64,000 nucleotides of DNA from NCBI RefSeq assembly GCF_025370785.1, contig NZ_JAMXFA010000001.1:235902-299901 (forward strand), in the 5' to 3' direction. The notes beneath the pieces were generated by a model. The model searched no databases and was not told the DNA's origin. It saw only the letters and a list, made by a program, of their open reading frames with translations. This DNA is from Laspinema olomoucense D3b. GTDB lineage: Bacteria > Cyanobacteriota > Cyanobacteriia > Cyanobacteriales > Laspinemataceae. Shown piece after piece: positions 34,745 through 45,000 of the stretch (positions are counted from its first letter, which is position 1; each line of letters opens with the position of its first letter). The translations under genes and the position numbers were made by a program.

Positions 34745-36781
34745 ATGAAAGTGTTTAAGGGATGGATGAAATTAGTTTTGGCTATGACATTGGTGGCGAT
34801 CGCTGCTGATCCTGCCATCACCCAGACAAACCAGTCGGATATCACAGGACCCCTAACTCCAGAGCCGGTATTACCTGTAGAAGAACCCCCTGTAGAAGAA
34901 CCCCCTGTAGAAGAGCCTCCTGTGGAAGAACCGCCAGTGGAAGAGCCTCCTGCAATTATACCAAGCGGAGATATACTCCCTTTAGAAACTCCCACAGAAA
35001 CTCCCACAGAAACTCCCACAGAAACTCCCACAGAAACTCCCACAGAAACTCCCACAGAGACTCCCACAGAGACTCCCACAGAAACTCCCACAGAAACTCC
35101 CACAGAAACTCCCACAGAGACTCCCACAGAAACACCTGGGGATAGCCCAGTAATCCCTGTTAACAGCCCAGGGGAAGTGCCAGCACCGATTCCCATTCAA
35201 ACCCTTGAACCAATTAACACTCAAGCGCCCGAACCCAGCGCCCCGGTTGTCATCCCGGAGAATCCCCAGGTTCCCCGTGAGGAGGAAGTTCCTCCAACGG
35301 TGGGTGAGAATAATCCAGAACCGGACCCCACCACAGAAAGTACCAATCCGATAGAGGGTCAGATTCTCGAAGGGGGTGATAGCACAACGGAAGAGGCACA
35401 ACCCATGACTCCCCTATCGGACCAAGAAGTCGATCGCCCGGGTTATGAAACTCAGTTAGCCGTTGCTGATGTTGGGGTGGCGGTTCAAATGTTGGAAGAA
35501 TTTCAGGCAATGGAGTTTAGCAATTATCTAGCGGTGGAGTTATTGGGGGAAACGGCGACTCCCGATGAAATTGCCCAAAAATTGTATGATTTGTGGCAAG
35601 AAACTGACAATAAGAGTGCATTTATTTATGTCTCAGCCTTAGCAGAGCAATTAGAACTGGTGATGATTTTCCCCCAGAATTTTAGAGTAGCCGGGGGCAG
35701 TTCAGACTTAGTGGTTTCAGCGGATTTAGCCCAAGGACTGATTGAGAGAACGAGTGAGGTAGCTGTTCGCCAAACCGTGCCAAATATCTCTCGGGAAGAG
35801 CTGATTGCACAGGTGCAAAACTTGCGAGCAGAACTGACTAATCCCAGAAGAATAAACAGCCAGAGTTACTTACCGATCGCCCAACAACTCTATCAGTCCT
35901 TGATTGCTCCAATGGAAGCACAATTGAAAGCTAATGGGATTGAAACCTTAGTTTTTTCGATGGATTCTGGGTTGAGAACCCTTCCCCTGGCGGCATTACA
36001 TGATGGCGAACAGTTTTTAATAGAAAAATATGCCGTTGCTTTAGTCCCCAGTTTTGGCTTAACTGATGTCACCTATTCTGATATCCGCAACCGAGAAGTG
36101 TTAGCGATGGGTTCTGCTATTTTTGAAAACCTCAATCCTCTGCCTGCGGTACCTAGTGAGTTGCAAAATATTGTGAGCGAACCCTGGAAGGGAATTGTTT
36201 TCTTGAATGAACAATTCACTGCCGCTAATTTCCGACAAATTAACCAGGAAAAACAATTTGGAATTATCCATTTGGCAACTCATGCGGAATTTCAAGGGGG
36301 AAATTTGGATAACTCTTATATCACGTTTTACGATGGCCGAGTCGGACTCAACCGAATTCGAGAGTTAGCCACGGAACTCGGGTGGAATACCTCGCAAAAT
36401 CCTCCCATTGAACTCTTAACCCTAAGTGCTTGTCGGACGGCAGTAGGAGATACCGAGGCGGAGTTAGGATTTGCGGGGTTAGCGGTGCTTTCTGGGGCTA
36501 AGGCATCCTTAGCCAGTTTCTGGTATGTTAGCGATGCAGGCACTCTGGGATTAATGAGTGAATTTTATTCCCAATTAGGGGAAAAACCACTGAAAGCCGA
36601 AGCTTTACGGCAAACCCAACTGGCGCTGTTAAGGGGAGAGGTGCGCCTAGAAAATGGGATGTTAGTTCTCTCTAATGGCAAAACCGTCCCCCTCCCACCG
36701 GAATTGGTAGAACAAAAAACGCCGAACCTATCTCACCCTTATTTTTGGTCGGCGTTTACTCTAATTGGGAACTGGAATTAA
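34745..36781 (+). CDS. CHAT-domain (caspase-like) protein with signal peptide and low-complexity PVEEP / ETPT tandem repeats
   Basis: The C-terminal half has the CHAT His/Cys dyad context (HLATHAEFQGG ... LLTLSACRTAVGD). The N-terminus is a signal peptide followed by (PVEEP)x5 and (ETPT)x~13. Confidence 0.75.
   Translation: MKVFKGWMKLVLAMTLVAIAADPAITQTNQSDITGPLTPEPVLPVEEPPVEEPPVEEPPVEEPPVEEPPAIIPSGDILPLETPTETPTETPTETPTETPTETPTETPTETPTETPTETPTETPTETPTETPGDSPVIPVNSPGEVPAPIPIQTLEPINTQAPEPSAPVVIPENPQVPREEEVPPTVGENNPEPDPTTESTNPIEGQILEGGDSTTEEAQPMTPLSDQEVDRPGYETQLAVADVGVAVQMLEEFQAMEFSNYLAVELLGETATPDEIAQKLYDLWQETDNKSAFIYVSALAEQLELVMIFPQNFRVAGGSSDLVVSADLAQGLIERTSEVAVRQTVPNISREELIAQVQNLRAELTNPRRINSQSYLPIAQQLYQSLIAPMEAQLKANGIETLVFSMDSGLRTLPLAALHDGEQFLIEKYAVALVPSFGLTDVTYSDIRNREVLAMGSAIFENLNPLPAVPSELQNIVSEPWKGIVFLNEQFTAANFRQINQEKQFGIIHLATHAEFQGGNLDNSYITFYDGRVGLNRIRELATELGWNTSQNPPIELLTLSACRTAVGDTEAELGFAGLAVLSGAKASLASFWYVSDAGTLGLMSEFYSQLGEKPLKAEALRQTQLALLRGEVRLENGMLVLSNGKTVPLPPELVEQKTPNLSHPYFWSAFTLIGNWN
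34872..34950 (+). repeat. 15-nt tandem repeat x5 (cctgtagaagaaccc; encodes PVEEP) inside the CHAT gene
   Basis: Seen directly in the sequence. Confidence 0.8.
34985..35136 (+). repeat. 12-nt tandem repeat x~13 (gaaactcccaca / gagactcccaca; encodes ETPT) inside the CHAT gene
   Basis: Seen directly in the sequence. The antisense strand yields a spurious GVSV-repeat ORF. Confidence 0.85.
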
Positions 36782-37040
36782 CCCGATTAGGACGGATACC
36801 CATCAGATTTTCGGAGGTTGACCCACACCCCCACCTCAAGGGTGTGGGGTGTTTACTCTGAAATCTGCATCTCGATCGCCCGGTTGATGTCATCGATTCC
36901 TGGGAATTTGGGTAGCTTTATTCCCCTGTTTTACTCCAGGCTGTTATCAAGCGTACTAATGCCTGTTTAATTCTCCCTCAAATGGGATAAACTAATTGGA
37001 ACCCTGAAATGATGGGCGAGAATGGAGTGAGGGAACATCA

Positions 37041-38774
37041 ATGAGTTATAAAATGGACCGCCGCGCTTATGCGGAAACCTACGGCCCAACGGTGGGCGAT
37101 CGCATCCGGTTAGCAGATACAGAATTATTTATTGAAGTTGAACAAGACTTTACCACCTACGGCGATGAAGTGAAATTTGGCGGGGGAAAAGTCATCCGCG
37201 ATGGCATGGGACAATCCCCCATTGCTAATGATAGCGGGGCGGTAGATTTAGTAATTACCAATGCGGTGATTCTGGATTGGTGGGGAGTCGTGAAAGCCGA
37301 TGTAGGAATCAGGGATGGGAAAATATTTAAAATTGGAAAGGCCGGAAATCCTTATATCCAAGATGATGTTGATATTATTATTGGTCCAGGAACCGAGGCG
37401 ATCGCCGGGGAGGGGATGATTCTCACAGCCGGGGGAATTGACGCCCATATTCACTTTATTTGTCCCCAACAAATTGAGGTGGCGATCGCCTCGGGAATTA
37501 CCACCATGTTAGGCGGGGGAACCGGACCCGCTACCGGGACAAATGCTACCACTTGTACCCCCGGACCTTGGAACATTCACCGGATGTTACAAGCTGCCGA
37601 TGCCTTCCCGGTGAATCTGGGGTTTCTGGGAAAAGGCAACAGCAGCAGACCCCGTGCCCTCGTGGAACAGGTTCTCGCGGGCGCAATCGGATTAAAATTG
37701 CACGAAGACTGGGGAACCACTCCAGCGGCGATCGATACTTGCCTAACCGTTGCTGATGAATATGATGTGCAAGTTGCTATCCATACCGATACTCTCAATG
37801 AAGCCGGATTTGTAGAACAAACCATTGCCGCCTTTAAAGACCGCACTATTCATACTTACCATACAGAAGGGGCTGGCGGAGGACACGCCCCAGATATTAT
37901 CAAGGTTTGCGGCCAAAAAAATGTGCTGCCCTCTTCCACCAATCCGACCCGACCTTATACAGTCAATACTTTAGAAGAACATCTGGATATGCTGATGGTG
38001 TGCCATCACCTCGATCGCAGTATCCCAGAAGATGTCGCTTTTGCAGAATCCCGCATCCGCCGGGAAACCATTGCTGCCGAGGATATTTTACATGACCTCG
38101 GGGCGTTTAGTATGATTTCCTCTGATTCTCAGGCAATGGGACGGGTGGGAGAAACCATCATTCGCACTTGGCAAACCGCCCATAAAATGAAGGTACAACG
38201 GGGGTTTTTGTCTCCGGATGACCGGAAAGATGCGATTCCCAGTACCACAGAACATGATAATTTCCGGGCGCGGCGTTATATTGCTAAATATACAATTAAT
38301 CCCGCAATTACCCACGGGATTGCTAATTATGTGGGGTCGATTGAAGAAGGCAAACTGGCGGATTTATGTTTATGGCGTCCGGCATTTTTTGGGGTGAAAC
38401 CGGAACTCGTCCTCAAAGGCGGGGCGATCGCCTACGCCCAAATGGGAGATGCTAATGCCAGTATTCCTACTCCGCAACCCATCCATTCTCAGCCCATGTT
38501 TGCCAGTTTTGGAGGGTCGCGGACGGCGACATCTTTTACCTTTGTCTCCCAAGCGGCATTGGAGTTAGAAATACCAACTCAGTTAGGATTGCGAAAACAG
38601 GCGATCGCCGTTTCGGACACGCGGAAAATCGGGAAACGGGATATGAAATTAAATGAGACCCTGCCCTATATTGAAGTCGATCCAGAAACCTATCAAGTTT
38701 GGGCGGATGGTCAATTACTCACCTGTGAACCCGCCCAAGTGTTGCCCTTGGCCCAGCGATATTTTCTATTTTAA
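37041..38774 (+). CDS. ureC: urease alpha subunit
   Basis: 577 aa. [44 protein letters not shown] (nickel-ligand His pair), KLHEDWG and MVCHHLD are canonical UreC motifs. Confidence 0.9.
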   Translation: MSYKMDRRAYAETYGPTVGDRIRLADTELFIEVEQDFTTYGDEVKFGGGKVIRDGMGQSPIANDSGAVDLVITNAVILDWWGVVKADVGIRDGKIFKIGKAGNPYIQDDVDIIIGPGTEAIAGEGMILTAGGIDAHIHFICPQQIEVAIASGITTMLGGGTGPATGTNATTCTPGPWNIHRMLQAADAFPVNLGFLGKGNSSRPRALVEQVLAGAIGLKLHEDWGTTPAAIDTCLTVADEYDVQVAIHTDTLNEAGFVEQTIAAFKDRTIHTYHTEGAGGGHAPDIIKVCGQKNVLPSSTNPTRPYTVNTLEEHLDMLMVCHHLDRSIPEDVAFAESRIRRETIAAEDILHDLGAFSMISSDSQAMGRVGETIIRTWQTAHKMKVQRGFLSPDDRKDAIPSTTEHDNFRARRYIAKYTINPAITHGIANYVGSIEEGKLADLCLWRPAFFGVKPELVLKGGAIAYAQMGDANASIPTPQPIHSQPMFASFGGSRTATSFTFVSQAALELEIPTQLGLRKQAIAVSDTRKIGKRDMKLNETLPYIEVDPETYQVWADGQLLTCEPAQVLPLAQRYFLF

Positions 38775-38835
38775 ACAAATGGTAGGACTTACCCATTCTA
38801 CCAAATCCGGTTGTTAAAAGTCGTTTTTTCTATTA

Positions 38836-38855
38836 GCCCGCGCAGGCGGGCTTTG
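38836..38855 (+). terminator. GC-rich hairpin (gcccgc-gcag-gcgggc) then ttt, 3' of ureC
   Basis: Perfect 6-bp stem seen directly; the U-tract is short. Confidence 0.3.
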
Positions 38856-38958
38856 TCCGTATAGACCCAGGCTTCAGCCTGCGGGTTTTTATAGATTTAT
38901 CACAACCGGATTCCGTATGAAGTAGTTACTACAAACAAGTAGAGTAAAGAAACAAATA

Positions 38959-39007
38959 GCCCGAAAGAGAGTAACAGGAAATCTGCTATTATCTTTCGGG
39001 CTTTTAT
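38959..39007 (+). terminator. hairpin (gcccgaaaga ... tctttcgggc) followed by ttttat
   Basis: 10-bp stem with a 23-nt loop and a U-run. Only the + strand orientation has the U-run. Confidence 0.35.
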
Positions 39008-39275
39008 CCCGCCGTGTAACCAACAACTGTTTCTAAGCATTGAACGTGAAACTTAGAAACAGAACCACTCCGAGGTTGACTCAATTCTTTTGAATCCAGG
39101 TTTAAATTCGTCAATTCAAATCAGAATCCAATCAAGGATTAAGTTCTCTACTTTACCGTTAGCAACAGTTTTTAGTTCTGTAATGCTTTCTATTTAATAA
39201 TTTTTAGCAAAAGCCACAGGGCAAAACTGTATTGAAAGTTACCGTTAACCGAATTTATGCAAAAATTTTACAAAG

Positions 39276-40238
39276 CTACCCCCGAGGGGTGATGGTTCCC
39301 TGGGAACGGGTCATTTCAAAGAGTTGGGCGGCGTTGGGGCCTAGGAACCCTTGAAAGAGTTCAGGATGTCCCGGGGTGGGTGCGATCGCAAATCGTTGGG
39401 CAATTTCATAATAGGCATAAGTCCAAGGAATTTGCACAAAAGGACCCTCGGGCCGACTGCGGATAGTGACAGATTCCTGTATCGCCTGGGTTGCAGTTTG
39501 ACGTAACCCGACTTGAGCACTTCCTTCAATCTCAGCTTTCATGGGAACCCCTCGATTGCGAAGTGCTTGCGCAGTGGTTTCGATATCCGGGTAAGCGGGG
39601 GTATTTTGGCGGTTCACATAGCCGGTAAAATGGTTGACGGCATAGCCATGCAGCAAGACCCAGGCCCCATACTGACTCACGGCATTGACTGTTTCCAGGT
39701 GCGATCGCAACGGAGGCATCCAGGGACGAACAAACAGACATTTGAGTCGCTGGGCCAAAATGTGAGGTTCTGTGGGGTGAGTATCGATCGCCCTTAAGTC
39801 TGTAATAGCAGACTGGCACTCTAATAGTCCCTCTATATCTAAACCCCACTGTACCGTCTCTTCCAGATGCGATCGCACCTCCGGCGGCAACTGATCCACA
39901 ATTAACTCACTGATAAACAGTTTCGGCAAATCAAACTCGTCCTGTTGTGGATGGCGATAGTGACGCGCATAGAGGTGTTGGGTAGGAAAAGCTAACTGTC
40001 CCATTTGCACATAACCCAACCCATCGAGAACCTGTTCCAGGTGACGAATGCCTAAATTTACCGTTCCGATCGCCGTTTCAATAGAGAGGGCCAGGGACCG
40101 AAAGGCGATATGATCATTCGCAACAGTTCCCCCCGCTTCCGAGATGACCCCCTCGTAAATTCGGGCGTAGGGAACACGGTGACTGTAGTCTAGCCAGAGT
40201 TGATGCCATAGCGCTTGGGCGACTAATGCTTGTTTCAT
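39276..40238 (-). CDS. hypothetical protein, tentatively DUF1338 / HglS-like (2-oxoadipate dioxygenase-decarboxylase family)
   Basis: 320 aa. NDHIAFRSL (H-x-A-F-R metal-ligand context) and LFISELIVDQLPPE match, as far as I recall, conserved blocks of DUF1338/HglS proteins. This is a memory-based family call. Confidence 0.4.
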   Translation of the reverse strand: MKQALVAQALWHQLWLDYSHRVPYARIYEGVISEAGGTVANDHIAFRSLALSIETAIGTVNLGIRHLEQVLDGLGYVQMGQLAFPTQHLYARHYRHPQQDEFDLPKLFISELIVDQLPPEVRSHLEETVQWGLDIEGLLECQSAITDLRAIDTHPTEPHILAQRLKCLFVRPWMPPLRSHLETVNAVSQYGAWVLLHGYAVNHFTGYVNRQNTPAYPDIETTAQALRNRGVPMKAEIEGSAQVGLRQTATQAIQESVTIRSRPEGPFVQIPWTYAYYEIAQRFAIAPTPGHPELFQGFLGPNAAQLFEMTRSQGTITPRG

Positions 40239-40391
40239 CGGAATCCCTCCAGGAATTGTGAGATAAACACCGCCAATCGTTTAAACCCCCGCCGGTTGTT
40301 GCAACGGGTGCAAGATCTTAGTAATCCCCAACATTGTGGTTAAGAAACCCTGTTTCTTGTCCCTGTGACCCTATGCAGCAACCCCAAGGCG

Positions 40392-41705
40392 TTAGAGTGT
40401 GGCAAACAGTTTGGCGAAACAGGCATCGAGAATCTCTAACGCCACCTGAATTTGTTCAGCATCAACCACCAAAGGGGGACAAAAGCGGATCGCAGATTTG
40501 CCACAACCCAGCAGTAAAAGTCCGTGATAGAATGCCTCATCGATCGCGCGATCGCGTAAGGACGGGTCAAAACCACCGGATTTATCCAGTAAATCCACCG
40601 CCACCATTAACCCCTTCCCTCGCGGTTGTGAGAGTTGGGGATAGGGTATGGCTAATTTCCTCAACCCCTCCTGTAATAACTCCCCCATCTGAGTGGCATT
40701 GGCGATCGCCCCTTGCGTGAGGACCTGTAACGTCGCATTAGCTGCGGCACAAGCAACCGGATTCCCGCCAAAGGTAGTAGCGTGAGAACCCGGGGGCCAG
40801 GTCATCAATTCCGGACGAGCGAGAATTGCCCCCAGGGGTAATCCACTGGCAATCCCTTTCGCCAGGGTAATGATATCGGGCATCACATTCCAATGTTCCA
40901 CGGCGAACAACTTGCCCGTGCGACCCATGCCCGATTGTACTTCATCCACCACCATCAAACAGTGATGGCGGGTGCAAATCTCGCGAATTCGGGCGAGGAA
41001 TCCCTCTTCTGGAACCAGATATCCCCCTTCCCCTTGAATGGGTTCAACAACGATCGCCGCCAGTTCCTCCGGGGGTAACACCGTCTTAAACAGTTGAAAC
41101 TCCAGGTAATCTAAGCTGGCATGAGTGCCGTAGGGAATATGGGTGATTCCCGGTAAGAAGGGTCCAAATCCTTGACGTTGCACCACCTTTGAACCCGTGA
41201 GGGACATGGCCCCAAAAGTGCGCCCGTGGAAAGCCCCCAGAAAAGCCACAATCTGAGACTTTCCCGTAGCATAGCGGGCTAATTTGAGCGCCCCTTCGTT
41301 GGATTCCGCCCCAGAATTGCTGAAAAAGACCTTGGCACCTGCGGGAAAGGGGGCGAGTTTTGCCAACTGTTCCGCCAGTTCCACCATTGGTTCATAGTAA
41401 AAATCGGTCCCCGACATATGTAGCAACTGGGCTGCCTGAGCTTGAATCGCTTGCACCACCTGGGGATGAGCGTGTCCAGTGGCGGTTACCGCGATGCCTG
41501 CGGTAAAGTCAAGGAATACATTGCCATCCACATCCTGGATCGAGCAGCCCTCTCCTCGGGCTACGACTAGGGGGTATCCTCGGGTATAGGAGGGAGAGGT
41601 CACGGCGCGATCGCGCTGGACCAGTTCTTGGGCGCGGGGTCCCGGTAAGGGGGTGACCAAATAGGGCCTCCGAGGTAAGGATTGGGCCGTTAAAATTTCA
41701 TCCAT
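40392..41705 (-). CDS. class-III pyridoxal-phosphate aminotransferase (acetylornithine / GABA / aminoadipate-type omega-aminotransferase)
   Basis: [15 protein letters not shown] and [21 protein letters not shown]...[12 protein letters not shown] (PLP-lysine context). Confidence 0.8.
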   Translation of the reverse strand: MDEILTAQSLPRRPYLVTPLPGPRAQELVQRDRAVTSPSYTRGYPLVVARGEGCSIQDVDGNVFLDFTAGIAVTATGHAHPQVVQAIQAQAAQLLHMSGTDFYYEPMVELAEQLAKLAPFPAGAKVFFSNSGAESNEGALKLARYATGKSQIVAFLGAFHGRTFGAMSLTGSKVVQRQGFGPFLPGITHIPYGTHASLDYLEFQLFKTVLPPEELAAIVVEPIQGEGGYLVPEEGFLARIREICTRHHCLMVVDEVQSGMGRTGKLFAVEHWNVMPDIITLAKGIASGLPLGAILARPELMTWPPGSHATTFGGNPVACAAANATLQVLTQGAIANATQMGELLQEGLRKLAIPYPQLSQPRGKGLMVAVDLLDKSGGFDPSLRDRAIDEAFYHGLLLLGCGKSAIRFCPPLVVDAEQIQVALEILDACFAKLFATL

Positions 41706-42071
41706 CGCCTTTCCACTCTTAGGATTTACTAATGCCTACTCGACGAAATTCTAATGTAATTACAGTTGACCGGGTAGCAATTGGAGTTGACTTCACAGCA
41801 ATTAAAGGAGAAAATAGAATGAGTCAAACTAAGTATATTTACTTGAAAAATCCGGGTTAAGTGGGTTTTATCGGTTTTTTCCCCAGAAATCAAGTCCAAA
41901 TTCTAAAATGGTAGGAATAGAACGAAAAAGAGGCTGAGGTTAAATCGGAACCTGGGCTTAGCACAAAAAAAGGAAAAAAGCACCTCTCTTTATGATGAAG
42001 TGGTTTCTTAACGTTCTCCTGTTCCCGCCTTGAAAGTGCCATCCCCAAGATCCAGACTCCTCTGAATCATA

Positions 42072-45000
42072 ATGAAAATCAGTCCATCTGTCCTCCTGCG
42101 TCTGTTTAGCAAACTGCCTCAGCTTTGCTATCCCAGAAACCAGCATTCAAGGCCATTGCTACAATTCCTGCACCCACTGGGCATTGCCCTCATCAGTGTC
42201 ACCCTCGCCACGGCGGTTAAAAGCGCCCTAGCACCCTTAATCTTACGGGAAAGCCCATTTTTGGTGTATTTTGCAGCGATTATGGCTAGTGCCTGGTTTG
42301 GGGGTACGAAAGCGGGACTGATGGCCACCCTGGGGGCTGGATTAGCCAGCAGTTACTTATTTTTATCTCCGCTTTATCCCCAAATAGAAAGCAGTCCGGG
42401 CCAAACATTCCGGTTAATTTTATTTCTGCTGGAAGGTTCGGCAATTGCGATCGCCATCGGTTCATTGCAACAAAAGAAAGAACAGTGCGCCCAAAGTGCC
42501 AGAATCGCTCAAAGACATCTTGAATCTTTTCGGCGAAGCGAACAGCAATTTCAGTTGTTGGTAGAGGGCATCGAAGATTATGGACTTTATATGCTTGGGC
42601 CCGATGGACGAGTAAATAGCTGGAATCTGGGAGCAAAACACCTCAAAGGCTATGCAGCCGAGGAAATTATTGGACAACATTTTTCCTGCTTTTATCCTCC
42701 AGAAGCAGTGGCCCAAGGTCAACCGGAACGAGACTTAAAACAGGCAGTAGAACAGGGACGGTTGGAACAAGAAGGAGAACGACGGCGAAAGGACGGAACC
42801 CGCTTTTGGGTCCATGAAGTAATTACGCCTTTATACGATAACCAAGGTAATCTTTACGGCTTCTCTAAAATTAGCCGGGATATCACCCAAAGCAAGCAGG
42901 CAGAGGCGGCACTCAGAGCCAGTGAACAACGGTTTAAAACCCTCGCTGAATCAACAGTGGAAGGGATTTTATTTTATCAGGGCGATCGCATGATTGCCGT
43001 AAATCCTTCCTTGGAAAAGATATTTGGATATGACCCGGACGAACTGACCGGACGGCCCTTAGCCTATATTTTTACAGAGGAAACAGTAGAGTTAATGTTG
43101 GATGACTGCCGATGGATACAGGAGATATCATCCGAAGCGGTGGGGATTAAAAAAGATGGGACAACGGTGTTTCTAGAAGCGGTTATTCAACCGACGCTTT
43201 ATTTGGGTCGCTCAGGATGGATGGCATCAGTGCGGGATATCAGCGCTCGCAAACGGGCCGAAGCGGAACTCCAACAAACCCTGAAAGAATTATCTGATTT
43301 CCAATTTGCTTTAGATAAATCAGCGATTGTTGTGACAACTGATGCTAAAGGCACGATTCAATATGCTAATGAGAAATTTAGTGAGATTTCTCAATATTCC
43401 CAGAGTGAATTGATTGGACAAAACCATCGCTTGGTCAATTCCGGCTATCATCCTAAAGAATTTTTTAGGAATCTCTGGGCGACCATTTCTCGGGGGGAAG
43501 TGTGGCGAGGAGAAATTAAGAATCGGGCCAAAGATGGAACTTATTATTGGGTGGATACGGTAATTGTACCCTTTTTAGATAGTCATGAAAGGCCGTTCCA
43601 ATATTTAGCCATCCGCTACGATATTACCCAACGAAAACAGGCCGAGGAAGCCTTGCGCGACAGTGAAAAACGGTTCCGGGATATGGCAGATACGGCCCCG
43701 GTGCTGCTGTGGGTAGCCGATTGCCAAGGGCAATGGACCTTTTTAAATAAGTGGGGATTAAACTTCATTGGCGCATTACTGGAAGCGGACCCGGACCTCA
43801 ACCATCGGGACCGGATCCATCCCGAGGAGCAGGTCCAGTGCGTCTTAAGTTACCAACAAGCGGTGAAGACCAGCCAACCCTTTACCCAAGAATACCGCCT
43901 GCAACGAGCGGATGGAGCCTACCGCTGGATGCTAGAAACAGGGGTTCCCCAGTTAAGTCCCGAGGGCAATTTACTCGGGTTCATTGGGTCGGCGATCGAT
44001 ATTACCCCCCTCAAAGAGGCGGAAGCGGAACGGATTCAACTCTTGCAACTCGAACAAGCCGCCCGAACTCAAGCTGAAGCCAGCGAGCAGTATTATCGAT
44101 TCCTGAGCGAAGCGATTCCGCAAATGGTCTGGACCGCCCTACCGGATGGGACTTTAGATTACCTGAGTCACCGCTGGAGTGAGTACACAGGCTTAAGCGA
44201 GAGCGAACTTTTAGGCTGGGGATGGGAACCCATTGTGCATCCTGACGACATGGCCGAATGTCGCGAAAAGTGGACCCTTTGCCTGGAAAACGGACAACCG
44301 TATGAAATTGAAGCGCGGATGCGCCGGGGTTGCGATGGCGCTTACCGCTGGCATCTGGGATTAGCGGTGCCCATGCGGGATCCTCAGGGGGAGATTGTGA
44401 AGTGGTTTGGGACAAATACGGACATTCACGAACGCAAGCAGGCACAGCAAGAGCGCATGGAGTTGTTGGAACGGGAGAAAGCGGCCCGAATTTTGTCAGA
44501 ACGGGCAACGGCGATGGTGCATCGGTTACAAGCGATTGTGGATGTGGCGATCGCCCCTTTATCTCTCCATGATCTGCTCCAAGAGTTGCTCGATCGCCTC
44601 ACGATGGTGTTAGAAGTCGATGCTGCCGTCATTTTATTGACTAACGAGGACCGGACAGCCCTGATGGTGACCGCCACAAAGGGCTTAGATTTAGACGAAC
44701 CCCTGTCGCCGAGTATGCCGATCCCGATAGGTCTAGGGTTCGCGGGAAAAATTGCCCAGACTCGGCAACCGATGCGGATTGAGCGCGATGCTCATACTCA
44801 AGTGATTAGTCCCCTGTTCCGACACAAAAAAATAGAGTCAATTATGGGCGCACCGATGCTCTTACAAGACCGGGTACTCGGGGTGATCCATATCAGTACC
44901 GAGTCGCCGCGAGAATTCATGGCAGAAGATGTCTATTTGCTGCAACTGGTGGCCGATCGCGTGGCCCTTGCCATTGACCGGGCCAACCTCTATGAGGCCG

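Noticed and set aside
34726-35196. 156-aa minus-strand ORF rich in GVSV repeats
   Set aside because: It is simply the antisense reading of the ETPT/PVEEP tandem repeats inside the CHAT-domain gene. It has no independent start context and overlaps that better-supported gene entirely.
42072-42300. Possibility that the big hybrid kinase starts later than 42072
   Set aside because: This is left as a caveat rather than a separate call. The N-terminal 150 aa are hydrophobic and KdpD-TM-like and are in frame, so the longest ORF was retained.
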